Shown here: positions 39,329 through 49,173 of the stretch, in pieces
Layout of the letters: each line of letters starts with the position of its first letter
How positions within the stretch are numbered: the first letter of the stretch is position 1
Source: a candidate division WOR-3 bacterium
GTDB taxonomy: Bacteria; Hydrothermota; Tepidihabitantia; Tepidihabitantales; Tepidihabitantaceae
NCBI GenBank assembly: GCA_965649205.1
Contig: CBFGJV010000002.1
Span: forward strand, 68,764-132,763
Direction of reading: 5' to 3'
Length of the DNA: 64,000 nt
The notes under the pieces: model-generated
What the model was told of the DNA's origin: nothing
The model's database searches: none
The model's input: only the letters and a program-made list of their open reading frames with translations
Program-made: the position numbers and the translations under genes

Positions 39329-40408
39329 CTACTTTACGCGGGTTCCTTCTTTCAGTTTGGATAACACCTTGTAGGGTCCTGTTATGACCATGTCTCCCTC
39401 CGCAAGACCTTCCAGTATCTGCACTTCTGTGTCGCTGGAACGACCGGTTTTGATCGGCCGCAGCACAGCTCTTCCGTTTTGAACGATGAATACTGTCTCC
39501 TGTTCCTTACCTTCCAACGGCCGCCGGCCTACGGCCTGCAATGGTATGACCAGCACGCTATCCAGAGAAGCAGTGGTGATGTCTGCAGAAACAGACATGC
39601 CGGGTCGCAGCACAGCCGCGGAAGAATCCAGGTTAATTACTACTTCAAATTCCGTGCCGGTAACTTCGGAGGATAGAAGCGTCTGGGTAGGCATATAGCC
39701 TATTCTGGTAACGGTGCCCGTAAAAGATGTTTCAGGGAGCGCGTCGACTTTTACGCGTGCCTTCTGTCCTGCTGCCAAGGATACGATATCTGTTTCGTCT
39801 ACGTTAACCCACGCTTCCATTCTGGACATATCAGCGAGGACCATTATTACGGTTCCGGGGTTATTCATGGTACCAAGAATGACAGTTTCCCCTTCTTTTA
39901 CATTTAGTTTGACGACGGTGCCGGAGATAGGAGCACGTAATACGGTCTTGTCCAGCTGGTCCTTAGCCTGGTCGTACTGAGCTTGGGCTGCCTCGCAGGC
40001 AGTTTTGGCTGCTTCGTACTGTTCTGCCGAGACTAGCTGTTTGGCGTATAGACTTTCTATACGGTTAAAACTGGCCAGAGCCTGTTCGAAACGGGAACGA
40101 GTTTGCAACAGTTGGGCTTGATAGCTTTTCTGATCTAGCTTTAGAAGGAGGTCACCTTTGTTTACCCAGTCTCCCTCCTGTATCAGAAGCTGATCTACCG
40201 TGCCCATTACCTGAGCCTGCAGGTTTACCTGGGTCTGAGCTCTCAGTGTGCCGGTGGCAGATACCAGGGAGACCAGAGAACCGTATTTTGCTTTTTCGGT
40301 GATGACCTGTTCTCCGGGCGGCGAACGTCGCAAATTGAGAAAAACTATGAGAAGAAACAAGACAGTGGCGGCGGCAAGCAGAAGGATAGTTCGAACACGC
40401 TGATTCAT
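39329..40408 (-). CDS. MacA-like periplasmic adaptor subunit
   Basis: Start ATG 40408 (TAATG overlap with TolC stop); RAPISGTV, VDETDI, LRPGMS. Confidence 0.92.
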   Translation of the reverse strand: MNQRVRTILLLAAATVLFLLIVFLNLRRSPPGEQVITEKAKYGSLVSLVSATGTLRAQTQVNLQAQVMGTVDQLLIQEGDWVNKGDLLLKLDQKSYQAQLLQTRSRFEQALASFNRIESLYAKQLVSAEQYEAAKTACEAAQAQYDQAKDQLDKTVLRAPISGTVVKLNVKEGETVILGTMNNPGTVIMVLADMSRMEAWVNVDETDIVSLAAGQKARVKVDALPETSFTGTVTRIGYMPTQTLLSSEVTGTEFEVVINLDSSAAVLRPGMSVSADITTASLDSVLVIPLQAVGRRPLEGKEQETVFIVQNGRAVLRPIKTGRSSDTEVQILEGLAEGDMVITGPYKVLSKLKEGTRVK

Positions 40409-41670
40409 TAATTCTCCTTTTCCGGCAGGACGGTGTGTCCCAATAAATAGTTTATGTGTGCAGCGCGGACGTAAGTGTCGCACAATGCGCTGAGATAGTT
40501 AGCGCGGGCCTGATACAGGTCCGCTTCAGCTCCCAACAGCTCAAAAAGAGAGATGCTGCCCAGACGATGTTCTTGACGGGCAAGTTCACAGAGCTGCATA
40601 TGCAGTTTTAGATTTTGCTCGGCGGAGACACACTGCTGTCGTGCTTCACGAAAGGAAAGGAGAGCTTCGGTGATGCTTACTTCCAGGTTTAAGCGGGAGG
40701 CCTGCAGGCTGGCCTGAGTCCGACGGGATTCGTTCACCGCCTCCGCAATCCCCAGCGCATAGGATTTCACGTCCAGAAGCGGAAAGGATATCTTCAGACC
40801 AAGCGAAGCGTGTTGGTGATCTTGCCATTGGCGATAACTGTTGGGAAGCAGAGTGTCCAGATAACTAGAGGTCCAGTAGACGGATACAGACGGAAGAACT
40901 CTGCCGATAGTAGTAATACAGTTTATGCGCGCCGCGATTGCATTTCCAACTGCTAATTTCAGTCCCGGGTTTTGGTGACGGATATCTGCTACCCGTTTTT
41001 CCAGTTGGTCTAGCTCTGGCCCGTAAGGCATAGGGAAAGAATCAGCGGCCAGCACTATTTTGTCTGTGTCAAGGTTAAGGAGAGCCTTGAGCTGGTCAGC
41101 CGCAAGACACAGACCAGCTTCGGCCTGGAGGCGTGTCAGTTCTGCGGAAGCGAGAGCCGTCTGGGCGCGGAGGATATCAAGGGGAGAAGCTGAACCCAGT
41201 CTACCCCGTTCTTCGACGAGACGGAGGTTTTCCTGAGAGCGGTCCCTTGCCGCTGCTGCGGCGGCAACAAGCATTTGGGCCTTTACTAGAGATAAATACT
41301 TACTGGTGACATCATAAGCCAAGAGGCTGAGTTTTTCCCTTGCTTCAGTTAGATGGTAGTTACTGTATACGATGGCTCCAACCAGCTTGCCGAAAGTTTC
41401 CGGGTCGAATACCACCTGGGACAGAGTTAGATTGCCGTTCCAACTCCAGCGGGAAAGAGGTTCGGAGTGGGAATAGTTAAGGTTTGCTGCGACTGTAGGA
41501 AGCAGTTGAGAAATACCCCGCGCAAGCGTGAGTCCAGATTGAGTGCGGCTGCACTGTGCCTGTACCACGACAGGACTTTGTCTAAAGGCAAGACGCAGTG
41601 CGTCTGTGAGGGTGACTCTCATGGTGTCTGCGGGGAGGCTTACCAGGAGCAACAGGGTAATACAGCTCAT
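40408..41670 (-). CDS. TolC family outer membrane protein
   Basis: Signal peptide; LTDALRLA, LLPTV, G.ASPLDILRAQ, duplicated OEP halves. Confidence 0.85.
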   Translation of the reverse strand: MSCITLLLLVSLPADTMRVTLTDALRLAFRQSPVVVQAQCSRTQSGLTLARGISQLLPTVAANLNYSHSEPLSRWSWNGNLTLSQVVFDPETFGKLVGAIVYSNYHLTEAREKLSLLAYDVTSKYLSLVKAQMLVAAAAAARDRSQENLRLVEERGRLGSASPLDILRAQTALASAELTRLQAEAGLCLAADQLKALLNLDTDKIVLAADSFPMPYGPELDQLEKRVADIRHQNPGLKLAVGNAIAARINCITTIGRVLPSVSVYWTSSYLDTLLPNSYRQWQDHQHASLGLKISFPLLDVKSYALGIAEAVNESRRTQASLQASRLNLEVSITEALLSFREARQQCVSAEQNLKLHMQLCELARQEHRLGSISLFELLGAEADLYQARANYLSALCDTYVRAAHINYLLGHTVLPEKEN

Positions 41671-41678
41671 ACTCGTAT

Positions 41679-42356
41679 CTAACCGTGGTTGCTGACTAGT
41701 CCCGGGATTGCCGATAATACAGTAAACAGTGCCCAGATTCCGAACGCAAAAGCCAGACCGCGGGATCTCTTCAGTCCGAATACTACGCTGAGACCGACGC
41801 CAAGCAGAAAATAGCCCCAGATGATGAAAGGGTCCAGCCTAGTCAGCAGAGCCATAGCTCCTCCTTTTGCGTCGGGGAAAGCGGCCCACAGACTGGTAGT
41901 GACGGTGCTGGAGCGGGTAAGAAGAGCCAGCAAGATGCGCAGAGCTGCAGCCGGTAGCGTTATCAGATGAGCATGGGTTACTACAGATAAAGCGTGGAGA
42001 TAACTGGTTTGAGCGTTGTGCAGATGGGCGATGAGAGATACCACAAGAGACAGCAGAAAAACGGAAAGAAGCTGATTGACTAGCACGGTCACGAGCGGTA
42101 CAACATTGCGGGCAACTGCACTGGAATAGAATCGGTCCATTCCTTCCTGGGCCTTTTCTATCTGTTCCTCGCTCATCCCCCGCTGTCGCATCTGCTCCAA
42201 GGCTGTATCTTTTTGTTCTTGCCAGTCCATATACTGGGTGGTTACTGCAGTCGCGGCCAGATTGGCAGCTACGGCGAGGAATAAAGGTAACAACCAGGCC
42301 GGCTTTTCTTTCAGTCGGGCAAGAATTGCAGACGGGGAAATGTATATCCAAAACAT
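41679..42356 (-). CDS. Yip1 family membrane protein
   Basis: ISPS...RLKEKPAWLLP, LDPFIIW; leads the TolC-MFP-ABC operon. Confidence 0.8.
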   Translation of the reverse strand: MFWIYISPSAILARLKEKPAWLLPLFLAVAANLAATAVTTQYMDWQEQKDTALEQMRQRGMSEEQIEKAQEGMDRFYSSAVARNVVPLVTVLVNQLLSVFLLSLVVSLIAHLHNAQTSYLHALSVVTHAHLITLPAAALRILLALLTRSSTVTTSLWAAFPDAKGGAMALLTRLDPFIIWGYFLLGVGLSVVFGLKRSRGLAFAFGIWALFTVLSAIPGLVSNHG

Positions 42357-42446
42357 CTTCTTCTCCGGTTAGTAATCTGCCTTCAGGATACTTTCCTCAA
42401 CCGGTAGGGTTCCTCGGGAGGCAGGGGCCTTCGTGACGTCTCCAGG

Positions 42447-43835
42447 TCATTTCTTGGCCGACCTGGTCAGGCGGCCGGTGTGTTGAGCATCACGGCGATA
42501 CTGTGGCCAGGGCGAAGGGGCTGGTAGTGTATCGCCTTCAAAGGCAAAGAGTACTCCGTCCCAGGAGCCAACGTATACTGTGCCGTCCGGACCGATAGTA
42601 GGAGAGGAAGCATAGTAGAGGCTCTTCTCAGAAGCGGCTATGTCCTGTTTCCAGACCAGTCTGCCGCTGCGGGTGCTAAAGGCATAGATGACGCCGTCGT
42701 CAGGCAAAAAATACAAAGTTCCAGCTGCGCTCAGCGCGGGTGTTGCAGCTAGTATGTCGTCTGCTTCATACAGCATACGGACGACATCCTCCGGAGCTTT
42801 ACGCAGCAAGTAGTAACCGTCCGAACCAAGAAATAAAGTATCGCCAGGGCCTATGGTGATTTCAGTTTTTATTTCGTCTTCGTCTGGTACCGGGGCGCGC
42901 CAGCGCATTCTACCGTTCGGGCCTATGCAATAGACGAAGCCGTCGTTGTTGCCCGCATAGACGTTGCCCAGCGGGTCTGGTATCGCACCACCGAAGAAGT
43001 AGTCTCCGTCCGGAGTGCCGAAGACCCAGCGCTTTCTTCCTTTTTGATCCAGACAGTACAATGAGTCAGCTGCAACATAGATAAGTCCGTTGAGGCCGAT
43101 GCTTGGAGAGGAACAGATACCGCCCTTGGCGTGAAAGCGCCAGACAATTTTGCCCCCGGGCTTTACGGCCATTACCAAGCCAGTATCTGTTCCTAGATAT
43201 AGGGTACCGTCCGCAGCTACAGCCGGTGGAGTGTATAACTCGTCACCGGTATAAAGCTTCCACCGCAGTCTGCCCTGTCTGTCCAAACAATAAAGATGAG
43301 AATCGAGGGAGGCAACGTAGATATTATCTTTGAAAGCGACAGCCGTGGCGTAGACGGCTCCTCCGGTCTGGTAAATCCAGCGCAGACGGCCCTGGGGGTC
43401 GAGAGAATATAGCCTGCCTTCTTCATCACCCACATAGATGTTGTTACTATCATCCAGTGTGGGTGAAGCTACAATGGGACTGGAATCAATCGTGGGGAAA
43501 AGCCATTTCAGCACCGGCTTTGTTACTTTGACCGATAGAGGCTTGCTCCAGGCGGAGACTTTGCCGTCTGCGTCGCGAGCCCGGACTCGCACGGTATATT
43601 CGCCGTAGCGTCGGTAGCGATGATAGCGGGTATATTCAGAGGTGGTGGGAGGGGTCCAGCGCAGGGTTTCCCCGTCTCCCCAGTCAATTTCAAAAGACAC
43701 AGGAAGTTTGACTTTCTTGGGCGGGAAAACAGTGAGTTCGGTTTCGGTTAGTGTGTCTGTCCGCATGGGCAGAACCAAGGAATCAGGCGCCGGCACTGCC
43801 GTGAGCCCATACAAAAGAAAGAGGACGAACTGCAT
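42447..43835 (-). CDS. Secreted PKD plus PQQ-like beta-propeller protein
   Basis: IDWGDG...VRVRARD...SAWS; repeated IYVG...LY.L...G..RW; WPQYRRDAQHTG. Confidence 0.85.
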   Translation of the reverse strand: MQFVLFLLYGLTAVPAPDSLVLPMRTDTLTETELTVFPPKKVKLPVSFEIDWGDGETLRWTPPTTSEYTRYHRYRRYGEYTVRVRARDADGKVSAWSKPLSVKVTKPVLKWLFPTIDSSPIVASPTLDDSNNIYVGDEEGRLYSLDPQGRLRWIYQTGGAVYATAVAFKDNIYVASLDSHLYCLDRQGRLRWKLYTGDELYTPPAVAADGTLYLGTDTGLVMAVKPGGKIVWRFHAKGGICSSPSIGLNGLIYVAADSLYCLDQKGRKRWVFGTPDGDYFFGGAIPDPLGNVYAGNNDGFVYCIGPNGRMRWRAPVPDEDEIKTEITIGPGDTLFLGSDGYYLLRKAPEDVVRMLYEADDILAATPALSAAGTLYFLPDDGVIYAFSTRSGRLVWKQDIAASEKSLYYASSPTIGPDGTVYVGSWDGVLFAFEGDTLPAPSPWPQYRRDAQHTGRLTRSAKK

Positions 43836-43915
43836 AGAGATGTGTTACGTGCTGCAGAGTTGCAAGGTCATAGCATTACCAAGGTCTGTCTATGGTGCTC
43901 GGAGTAAGTCGATTG

Positions 43916-44863
43916 TCAAGTATTTCGTGCAGCCAGTATTTTTTCTGCCCGATCCACATCTCTGGCTATTTGCTCAGCCAGAGCCGCAGCATCGGGAAAT
44001 TTTCTCTCCGGTCGTAGTCGTTGGACAAAGAGTACAGTTACCTGCGTCGGTGCTCTGGACAATTCCTGATGTAGCAGATGAACTTCGATAGAAAGTTTCT
44101 CCCCATGGAAGGTGGGACGGTGACCGATGTTCAGAACGGCGTCAAAGTTTTTACCTGCCCACTCTGCCTGTACCGCATAGACTCCGTCGGCTGGTACCAG
44201 TTTCTCTCGGTCATCTACCTGCAGGTTTAAGGTGGGAAAGCCCAGACGACGGCCGGTGCCGGTACCGGGTACCACCCGGCCTGTAAGGCTGTAGTAACGG
44301 CCCAAGAGGGCAGTGGCAAGATGCACGTGTCCGAGTAGCAGGTGTTCTCGAATGGTGGTACTTCTTACGGGTATGCCGGAAACGGAAAGCTCTGGTATTA
44401 CCTCTACTATTATGTTTGCGGGTTCGAGCAGTTGCCTGAGCAAGTCTGCATCTCCACGGCGGTATTTTCCGAACTGGTGATCATGGCCAATAACTACAGC
44501 GTGCGGTTGCAGAGTCAATAGATGACGACGAATGAACTCCCGCGGGTCCAGGGTCTGCATTTCGGTATTGAAGGGGAGAATGTGCACTATATCAACGCCC
44601 ATCTCCAGAAACAGTCTCTTTTTTTCTGGCAGGGGTGTCAGCACATAGGTGAAGTCTGGGTGGATGAGCTGCGCTGGCAGGGGATCAAACGTCAGCACTG
44701 CCGAGGGAACCCCGATTTCACTTGCTAGCTTTCGGGTGCGATTGATGATGGCCTGGTGTCCCAGATGCACTCCGTCAAAACTGCCGACCGCAATCACCAG
44801 CCCGGCTGGCGGTACGGGTTTTTGTCCACGTCCTGACGAGCCGGTTCGTTCACTTCTCTGCAT
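43916..44863 (-). CDS. ribF: Bifunctional riboflavin kinase/FAD synthetase
   Basis: GSFDGVHLGHQ, TFDP, STTIR, GRRLGFPTLN, NIGHRPTF, IEVH. Confidence 0.95.
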   Translation of the reverse strand: MQRSERTGSSGRGQKPVPPAGLVIAVGSFDGVHLGHQAIINRTRKLASEIGVPSAVLTFDPLPAQLIHPDFTYVLTPLPEKKRLFLEMGVDIVHILPFNTEMQTLDPREFIRRHLLTLQPHAVVIGHDHQFGKYRRGDADLLRQLLEPANIIVEVIPELSVSGIPVRSTTIREHLLLGHVHLATALLGRYYSLTGRVVPGTGTGRRLGFPTLNLQVDDREKLVPADGVYAVQAEWAGKNFDAVLNIGHRPTFHGEKLSIEVHLLHQELSRAPTQVTVLFVQRLRPERKFPDAAALAEQIARDVDRAEKILAARNT

Positions 44864-45719
44864 ATATCATCCGCAGCGGCTTTATCCGGTTCTGGTGGAC
44901 GGCGGCCAAACACAGAAAATTCCTACTGGCTGTGACAGCGAGTACGTTGTCAGCGTCTGCACAGCCAGTGACGTCAACCGTTTGTCCCTGTCGTAGTTTG
45001 CGGGCCTGAACTTCGGTGAGTTCTACCTGAGGCAGTTCGGGTAGAGCTTCGGTAACGGGGATTAGCCGACGGACAATAGTATCCGTGTCTGCCTGGTGTA
45101 GAGGCAAGGCGTCTGCTAGGGTGAATTGGCCCGCGCGGGTGCGTGTCAAACTTGCCAGAGTGGCGACTGTTCCGGCTGCTTTTCCCAGATCGCGGGCCAA
45201 GGCACGAATGTAGGTGCCGGACGACACGACGGCGCGTAGAGTAACAAGGGGGGGGTGCCATTTCAGAAGCTCAAGCTCCTTTATATTTACCTGCCGCGGC
45301 GGCAGCCGGAGAGGTGTTCCTCGGCGAGCCAGTCGGTAGGCAGGCTGACCTTGTTGTTTCAGAGCCGAGAAGGTGGGCGGGACTTGCGGTTGTATCCCGA
45401 GAAAACTGTTTAGCAGTTGTTGCAATTCCTCCAGAGCAAGGCGAGGCACAGGGGCCTCAGCCAGTATTCGTCCTGTGATGTCGTCCGTATCTGTTTCTTT
45501 TCCGAAGAGTACCTCGGCCTCATATTCCTTGTCCGAATGGAGGAAAAATCTGCTGAGCCTTGTCGCTGCTCCAATGAGAATTATCAGCACTCCTCTGGCC
45601 ATTGGGTCTAGGGTGCCGGCATGACCCAGCGGCAAAGACCCCAAAACTCGACGCAGGTGGCGAATGCAGTCAAAAGAACTAATGCCCGAAGGCTTGTACA
45701 GATTCAAAACCCCATGCAT
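44850..45719 (-). CDS. truB: tRNA pseudouridine(55) synthase
   Basis: KPSGISSFD, GHAGTLDP, TDTDD.TG, PP.FSALK, SSGTYIR. Confidence 0.96.
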   Translation of the reverse strand: MHGVLNLYKPSGISSFDCIRHLRRVLGSLPLGHAGTLDPMARGVLIILIGAATRLSRFFLHSDKEYEAEVLFGKETDTDDITGRILAEAPVPRLALEELQQLLNSFLGIQPQVPPTFSALKQQGQPAYRLARRGTPLRLPPRQVNIKELELLKWHPPLVTLRAVVSSGTYIRALARDLGKAAGTVATLASLTRTRAGQFTLADALPLHQADTDTIVRRLIPVTEALPELPQVELTEVQARKLRQGQTVDVTGCADADNVLAVTASRNFLCLAAVHQNRIKPLRMIYAEK

Positions 45720-45754
45720 CGGGAGTGCTCTTTTCCCTCTTGTTTCTGTTTCTT

Positions 45755-46147
45755 TCAGGTTTCGTTGTCCATGTCCTCCTTTACCTCTTTTTCTACCTCG
45801 GTTTGTTTCTCTGGAAAAAGTTCGTGCAGGATGTCGCCGACTCTCTGTTCCTGGGCCAGAATTTCGTCCAGAGCGAAGCGCAGCTGGGGCAGATAGCGCA
45901 GTCGTACCCGCTGGCTGAGTTGCCTACGGATAAAACCGACTGCGTGACGCAGGTGTGCGAGGCTGGCCTGCTTTTGTGTTTCGTTTCCCATGATGGAAAG
46001 GTAAATGGAAGCATTCTTCAAGTCGCGACTCATCCGGCAACGAGTGACGGTGACAAAACCGATGGCCGGGTCAGACATTTCATTCAAGATAATTTCGGCT
46101 ACCGCTTCCTTGATGGCGGCAGCTACTCGTTCCTCCCTATATTGCAT
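45755..46147 (-). CDS. rbfA: Ribosome-binding factor A
   Basis: FVTVT, S.DLKNA, GFIR..L...LRYLPQL.F..D; own promoter TTTACA-N16-TAAAAT. Confidence 0.93.
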   Translation of the reverse strand: MQYREERVAAAIKEAVAEIILNEMSDPAIGFVTVTRCRMSRDLKNASIYLSIMGNETQKQASLAHLRHAVGFIRRQLSQRVRLRYLPQLRFALDEILAQEQRVGDILHELFPEKQTEVEKEVKEDMDNET

Positions 46148-46379
46148 AGTTGTTTATTTTAGCGGCGTCAATCTTTGTGTAAAGACGAAAGGCAGGTTCA
46201 GTGGTTGAATTTTCTATTGACAAGAAAGTGGGCGCGTCTATTATTCGTACAAAGAGTAGTAGTTTTGGTCCTACTAAAGCAGGGGTCGGCGGGTTACATC
46301 CTGATTCCAACCTGGTAACAAGATAGATTTGGCTACTATGCCGCGTTTAGGAAGTACGTACGAACAAGGAGGTGTTATC

Positions 46380-46700
46380 ATGCGGGGGCCAATAAGGTTG
46401 AATTCTCTTGATGTCGACCTGCGCGTACCTGCAAGGTTAAAGGGGGTGTTTTGTCTGGGACAAACTCCCGCACAGGCAGTAGTAGTCGAGCGGGCAGACC
46501 AGGATTTAAAGGAAGAGATAAAAGCACACGAAGGGAAATACCACTTTTTCTGGTTTGAACCTTCGCTTACCCCTACCGAACGTTACCTGGCTCACTGTCG
46601 CTGGTTTCACAAACTGAACGATTCCGGTCATTTCGGGGCTGGCGGTCATCCTCAGCGACCAGCAGGAGTGGAAGTGCGCTGTCCGGTTTGCGGTGAGTAG
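46380..46700 (+). CDS. Small protein with C-terminal Cys/His zinc motif, degenerate GIY-YIG-like
   Basis: AAGGAGG SD; GVFCL...VVERADQDL...H...C..FH...HP.RP...CPVC; promoter TTGACA(46217)-N16-TATTAT. Confidence 0.65.
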   Translation: MRGPIRLNSLDVDLRVPARLKGVFCLGQTPAQAVVVERADQDLKEEIKAHEGKYHFFWFEPSLTPTERYLAHCRWFHKLNDSGHFGAGGHPQRPAGVEVRCPVCGE

Positions 46701-46801
46701 CGGGGCAGAGACAGGCATTCAGGTTAGGTTAGCAGCAAGGGGTAGACGGGAATAACCATCACAATCTACGGCGAGTTCTGTCTGGTACGTCTAAGTAGGC
46801 G

Positions 46802-47272
46802 TTACACGTCGAGAACCAGAGTAACGCGGTAACCGGACGGAGTCTGTTCCAGTCTGTATTCGTGGTAGGTGGGTGTTTTGACTTCTACTTTGAAGCCGTG
46901 CCGGGTAGAGTCGTAGGGTTCGCCATGAAGAGTCGCGGATAAATGCACAGCTGAGGTTAGATTGCCACTGACGGAGTGCTGGTTTGACAAATCGGCAGGA
47001 AGGATACGAACTTCGGTATGGCACACAGCAAAGCCGTGGGCGGAGAAAAGAAACAGGAGTTCCCTCAGCCAGTCCAGAAATAGTTCGGACAGGTCGGTGT
47101 TATCCAGGCGGACTTCGTAGTGTTGTTTTGGTTCTACCTTTGTCATATCAAGCATAAGGTCGAACAGGCAGAAAGCAGCATGACGGAACAGTTCTGGCAG
47201 ATCCCGGCCGTAGATTTCCACTTTGATATCCGAAGTGTGTTCCAACTGACGGTAGGGAGAAATGTTTGTCAT
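46802..47272 (-). CDS. Archease
   Basis: LEHTSDI...G..L.ELF..AA, DWLRELLF, GE, EVKTPTYH, LDV. Confidence 0.9.
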   Translation of the reverse strand: MTNISPYRQLEHTSDIKVEIYGRDLPELFRHAAFCLFDLMLDMTKVEPKQHYEVRLDNTDLSELFLDWLRELLFLFSAHGFAVCHTEVRILPADLSNQHSVSGNLTSAVHLSATLHGEPYDSTRHGFKVEVKTPTYHEYRLEQTPSGYRVTLVLDV

Positions 47273-47290
47273 GCAGCAGCGATTCTGTTA

Positions 47291-48880
47291 TCAGCGGTTG
47301 ACTACCAGGCGACCGCTGGAGTTGCCAGCGTACAAAAGATACACCCCTCTGGGGAGAGAGCTGACATTCAGAATAGCCTGGTCAGTTGCATGTATATCGT
47401 ATTCCTGCACTATACTGCCGGTTGCGTCGAAAAGCCGTATTCGGGTGGTTTTTTCAGTTCGCGGCAGTTTGACGGTGGCTTGCACGGTGGCCGGATTGGG
47501 CGATATGGCAAGTACTGGGCGGAAAGTCTGAGGCAGCGGGTCTGTCTCTTGTACCGTAACTGAGCCGTCTAAGGTAATGTCGCAGACTATAGTATCTCCT
47601 TGCAGGCGGATGTTGCTGATAGCGATGCCTGTAGTCTTACCCTGCCGGTCACGACTGGAAGGCACGGTGGTGGAATCAAAGAGCACGCGATTCCAGCTGC
47701 CTGGCAGTACGTCAGAAGCCGCACCCAGCATGGGATGATAAAAATGGGGATCAGGTCTAACTCCGGTGCCTTTGTCGAGGTGAAAAGTGGAGTCTTCTTC
47801 CATATCTACCCGGTTGTGCCAAACACTGTAGTAAGGGTCTATGTGCCAGATGGCAAGTCCAGCTCCAGGCAGGGGCGAGTCGAATCCTATTTTCTGCCGG
47901 TTTTCCAGATAGAAGCAGGTGTCGTGATTGCGTCCGTTGCGCCAGACCTTGTAGATAGTCGGGTTGGTTTGGACAGGCGGGATGCGCAGCCCATAGGTGT
48001 TCTGGGTAATCACGATTGGAGTAACAAACCCGGCTGTTACCTTGGACCACGCTTCCATATGGGCGGGGCTCCACGGTGTATTGCCGCCAGCTCCCCACGC
48101 TCCGTAGCCCATCAGGCCCCAGTAACCTACGCCCCAAGTGTTACGCGACTGGTCGTAGAGGTCGGGCAGACCGACAAGGTGGCCGAGTTCGTGGCACATC
48201 ACTGCGATGCAGCATAGCGTGGTGTCGCGTGATTCCGTCACCATGGCAAATTCAGGTACATTGGTGACGCCCCGGATGGTTACGCCGTCCGCGGTGCGGT
48301 AGTTAAAGCTGGGTATGGCGTGACTCCAGCAGCAGTTGCGGTCACCGTTGTCTGCACCGTCGGCACCGGCGTGAACCATGAACATGGCATCAATATACCC
48401 GTCCCCGTTGAGGTCGAACTGACGGAAGTCAACGTAAGGGTCAACCTGTTGAATATTTTCTCGCGCTAACTGGCTGCCGGTGGAAAGCATATAATTGCCG
48501 TCGCGGTATCTGGCATAGTTATACTGAGAAAGAAACCAGCGGCCGCCGGCAATGCCGCCGCGGACTTCATAGGTTCCGTAGGAATTTTCCAGAAAATAAT
48601 CATTCAGGCTGCCGGCACGATAAAGTCCTTGGTTGTAGACCCCGGTGGAATAGAGCATAGAGTCGAAGCGAGCCGGGGAATGGCGGATGGTGTCGGCTCG
48701 ATTATCCGGGAATTGCATCAGGATAGTAACAGTCTCGCAATAGCCGTATCCGGTAAGCAGGTTAGGACCCGGTTCTTCCACCCCGGGAGGAAAAACAGGC
48801 GCGGGGCCGCGGAAATAGGGACCTGGTGGCATCGCCGACACCGTTCCCAGCAAAGCAAATATTGTCAACACGGCACGCAT
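47291..48880 (-). CDS. M6 (immune inhibitor A-like) metalloprotease with T9SS-like C-terminal domain
   Basis: YFLENSYG, D.NGDG.ID...HAG, HELGHLVGLPDLYD, W.LMGYG, YLENRQ; start ATG 48880 after AAGGAG. Confidence 0.9.
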   Translation of the reverse strand: MRAVLTIFALLGTVSAMPPGPYFRGPAPVFPPGVEEPGPNLLTGYGYCETVTILMQFPDNRADTIRHSPARFDSMLYSTGVYNQGLYRAGSLNDYFLENSYGTYEVRGGIAGGRWFLSQYNYARYRDGNYMLSTGSQLARENIQQVDPYVDFRQFDLNGDGYIDAMFMVHAGADGADNGDRNCCWSHAIPSFNYRTADGVTIRGVTNVPEFAMVTESRDTTLCCIAVMCHELGHLVGLPDLYDQSRNTWGVGYWGLMGYGAWGAGGNTPWSPAHMEAWSKVTAGFVTPIVITQNTYGLRIPPVQTNPTIYKVWRNGRNHDTCFYLENRQKIGFDSPLPGAGLAIWHIDPYYSVWHNRVDMEEDSTFHLDKGTGVRPDPHFYHPMLGAASDVLPGSWNRVLFDSTTVPSSRDRQGKTTGIAISNIRLQGDTIVCDITLDGSVTVQETDPLPQTFRPVLAISPNPATVQATVKLPRTEKTTRIRLFDATGSIVQEYDIHATDQAILNVSSLPRGVYLLYAGNSSGRLVVNR

Positions 48881-48988
48881 ATCGACTCCTTTCATCACCT
48901 AAGGATATACCGTGCGCAGGCGGGGTCAACCTGCGTGGTGCTAATACGTTTGCTGCGGGGTTGAGCTGAGTGCTTATTTTGCATTACC

Positions 48989-49017
48989 TTGACATTATTG
49001 ATGGCGAGTTCTATAAT
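48989..49017 (+). promoter_or_regulatory. Consensus sigma70 promoter of the rpmH operon
   Basis: TTGACA-N17-TATAAT. Confidence 0.85.
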
Positions 49018-49035
49018 GCGGCACGAGGAACAATT

Positions 49036-49173
49036 ATGCCCAAGAGAACATATCAACCTTCCCGAATAAAGCGCAAAAGGACACATGGATTTCGCGCCCG
49101 TATGAAGACCCACGGCGGTCGGCTGGTGCTGAAACGACGTCGGGCCAAGGGGCGTAAGCGTCTGGCCGTATGA
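49036..49173 (+). CDS. rpmH: 50S ribosomal protein L34
   Basis: [21 protein letters not shown]....[13 protein letters not shown]. Confidence 0.98.
   Translation: MPKRTYQPSRIKRKRTHGFRARMKTHGGRLVLKRRRAKGRKRLAV

Noticed and set aside
46270..46320. TPP or c-di-GMP-I riboswitch in the 46245-46365 leader
   Set aside because: Lacks CUGAGA (TPP) and the GGCAAA/GNRA P1 elements (c-di-GMP-I); kept only as an unclassified candidate.
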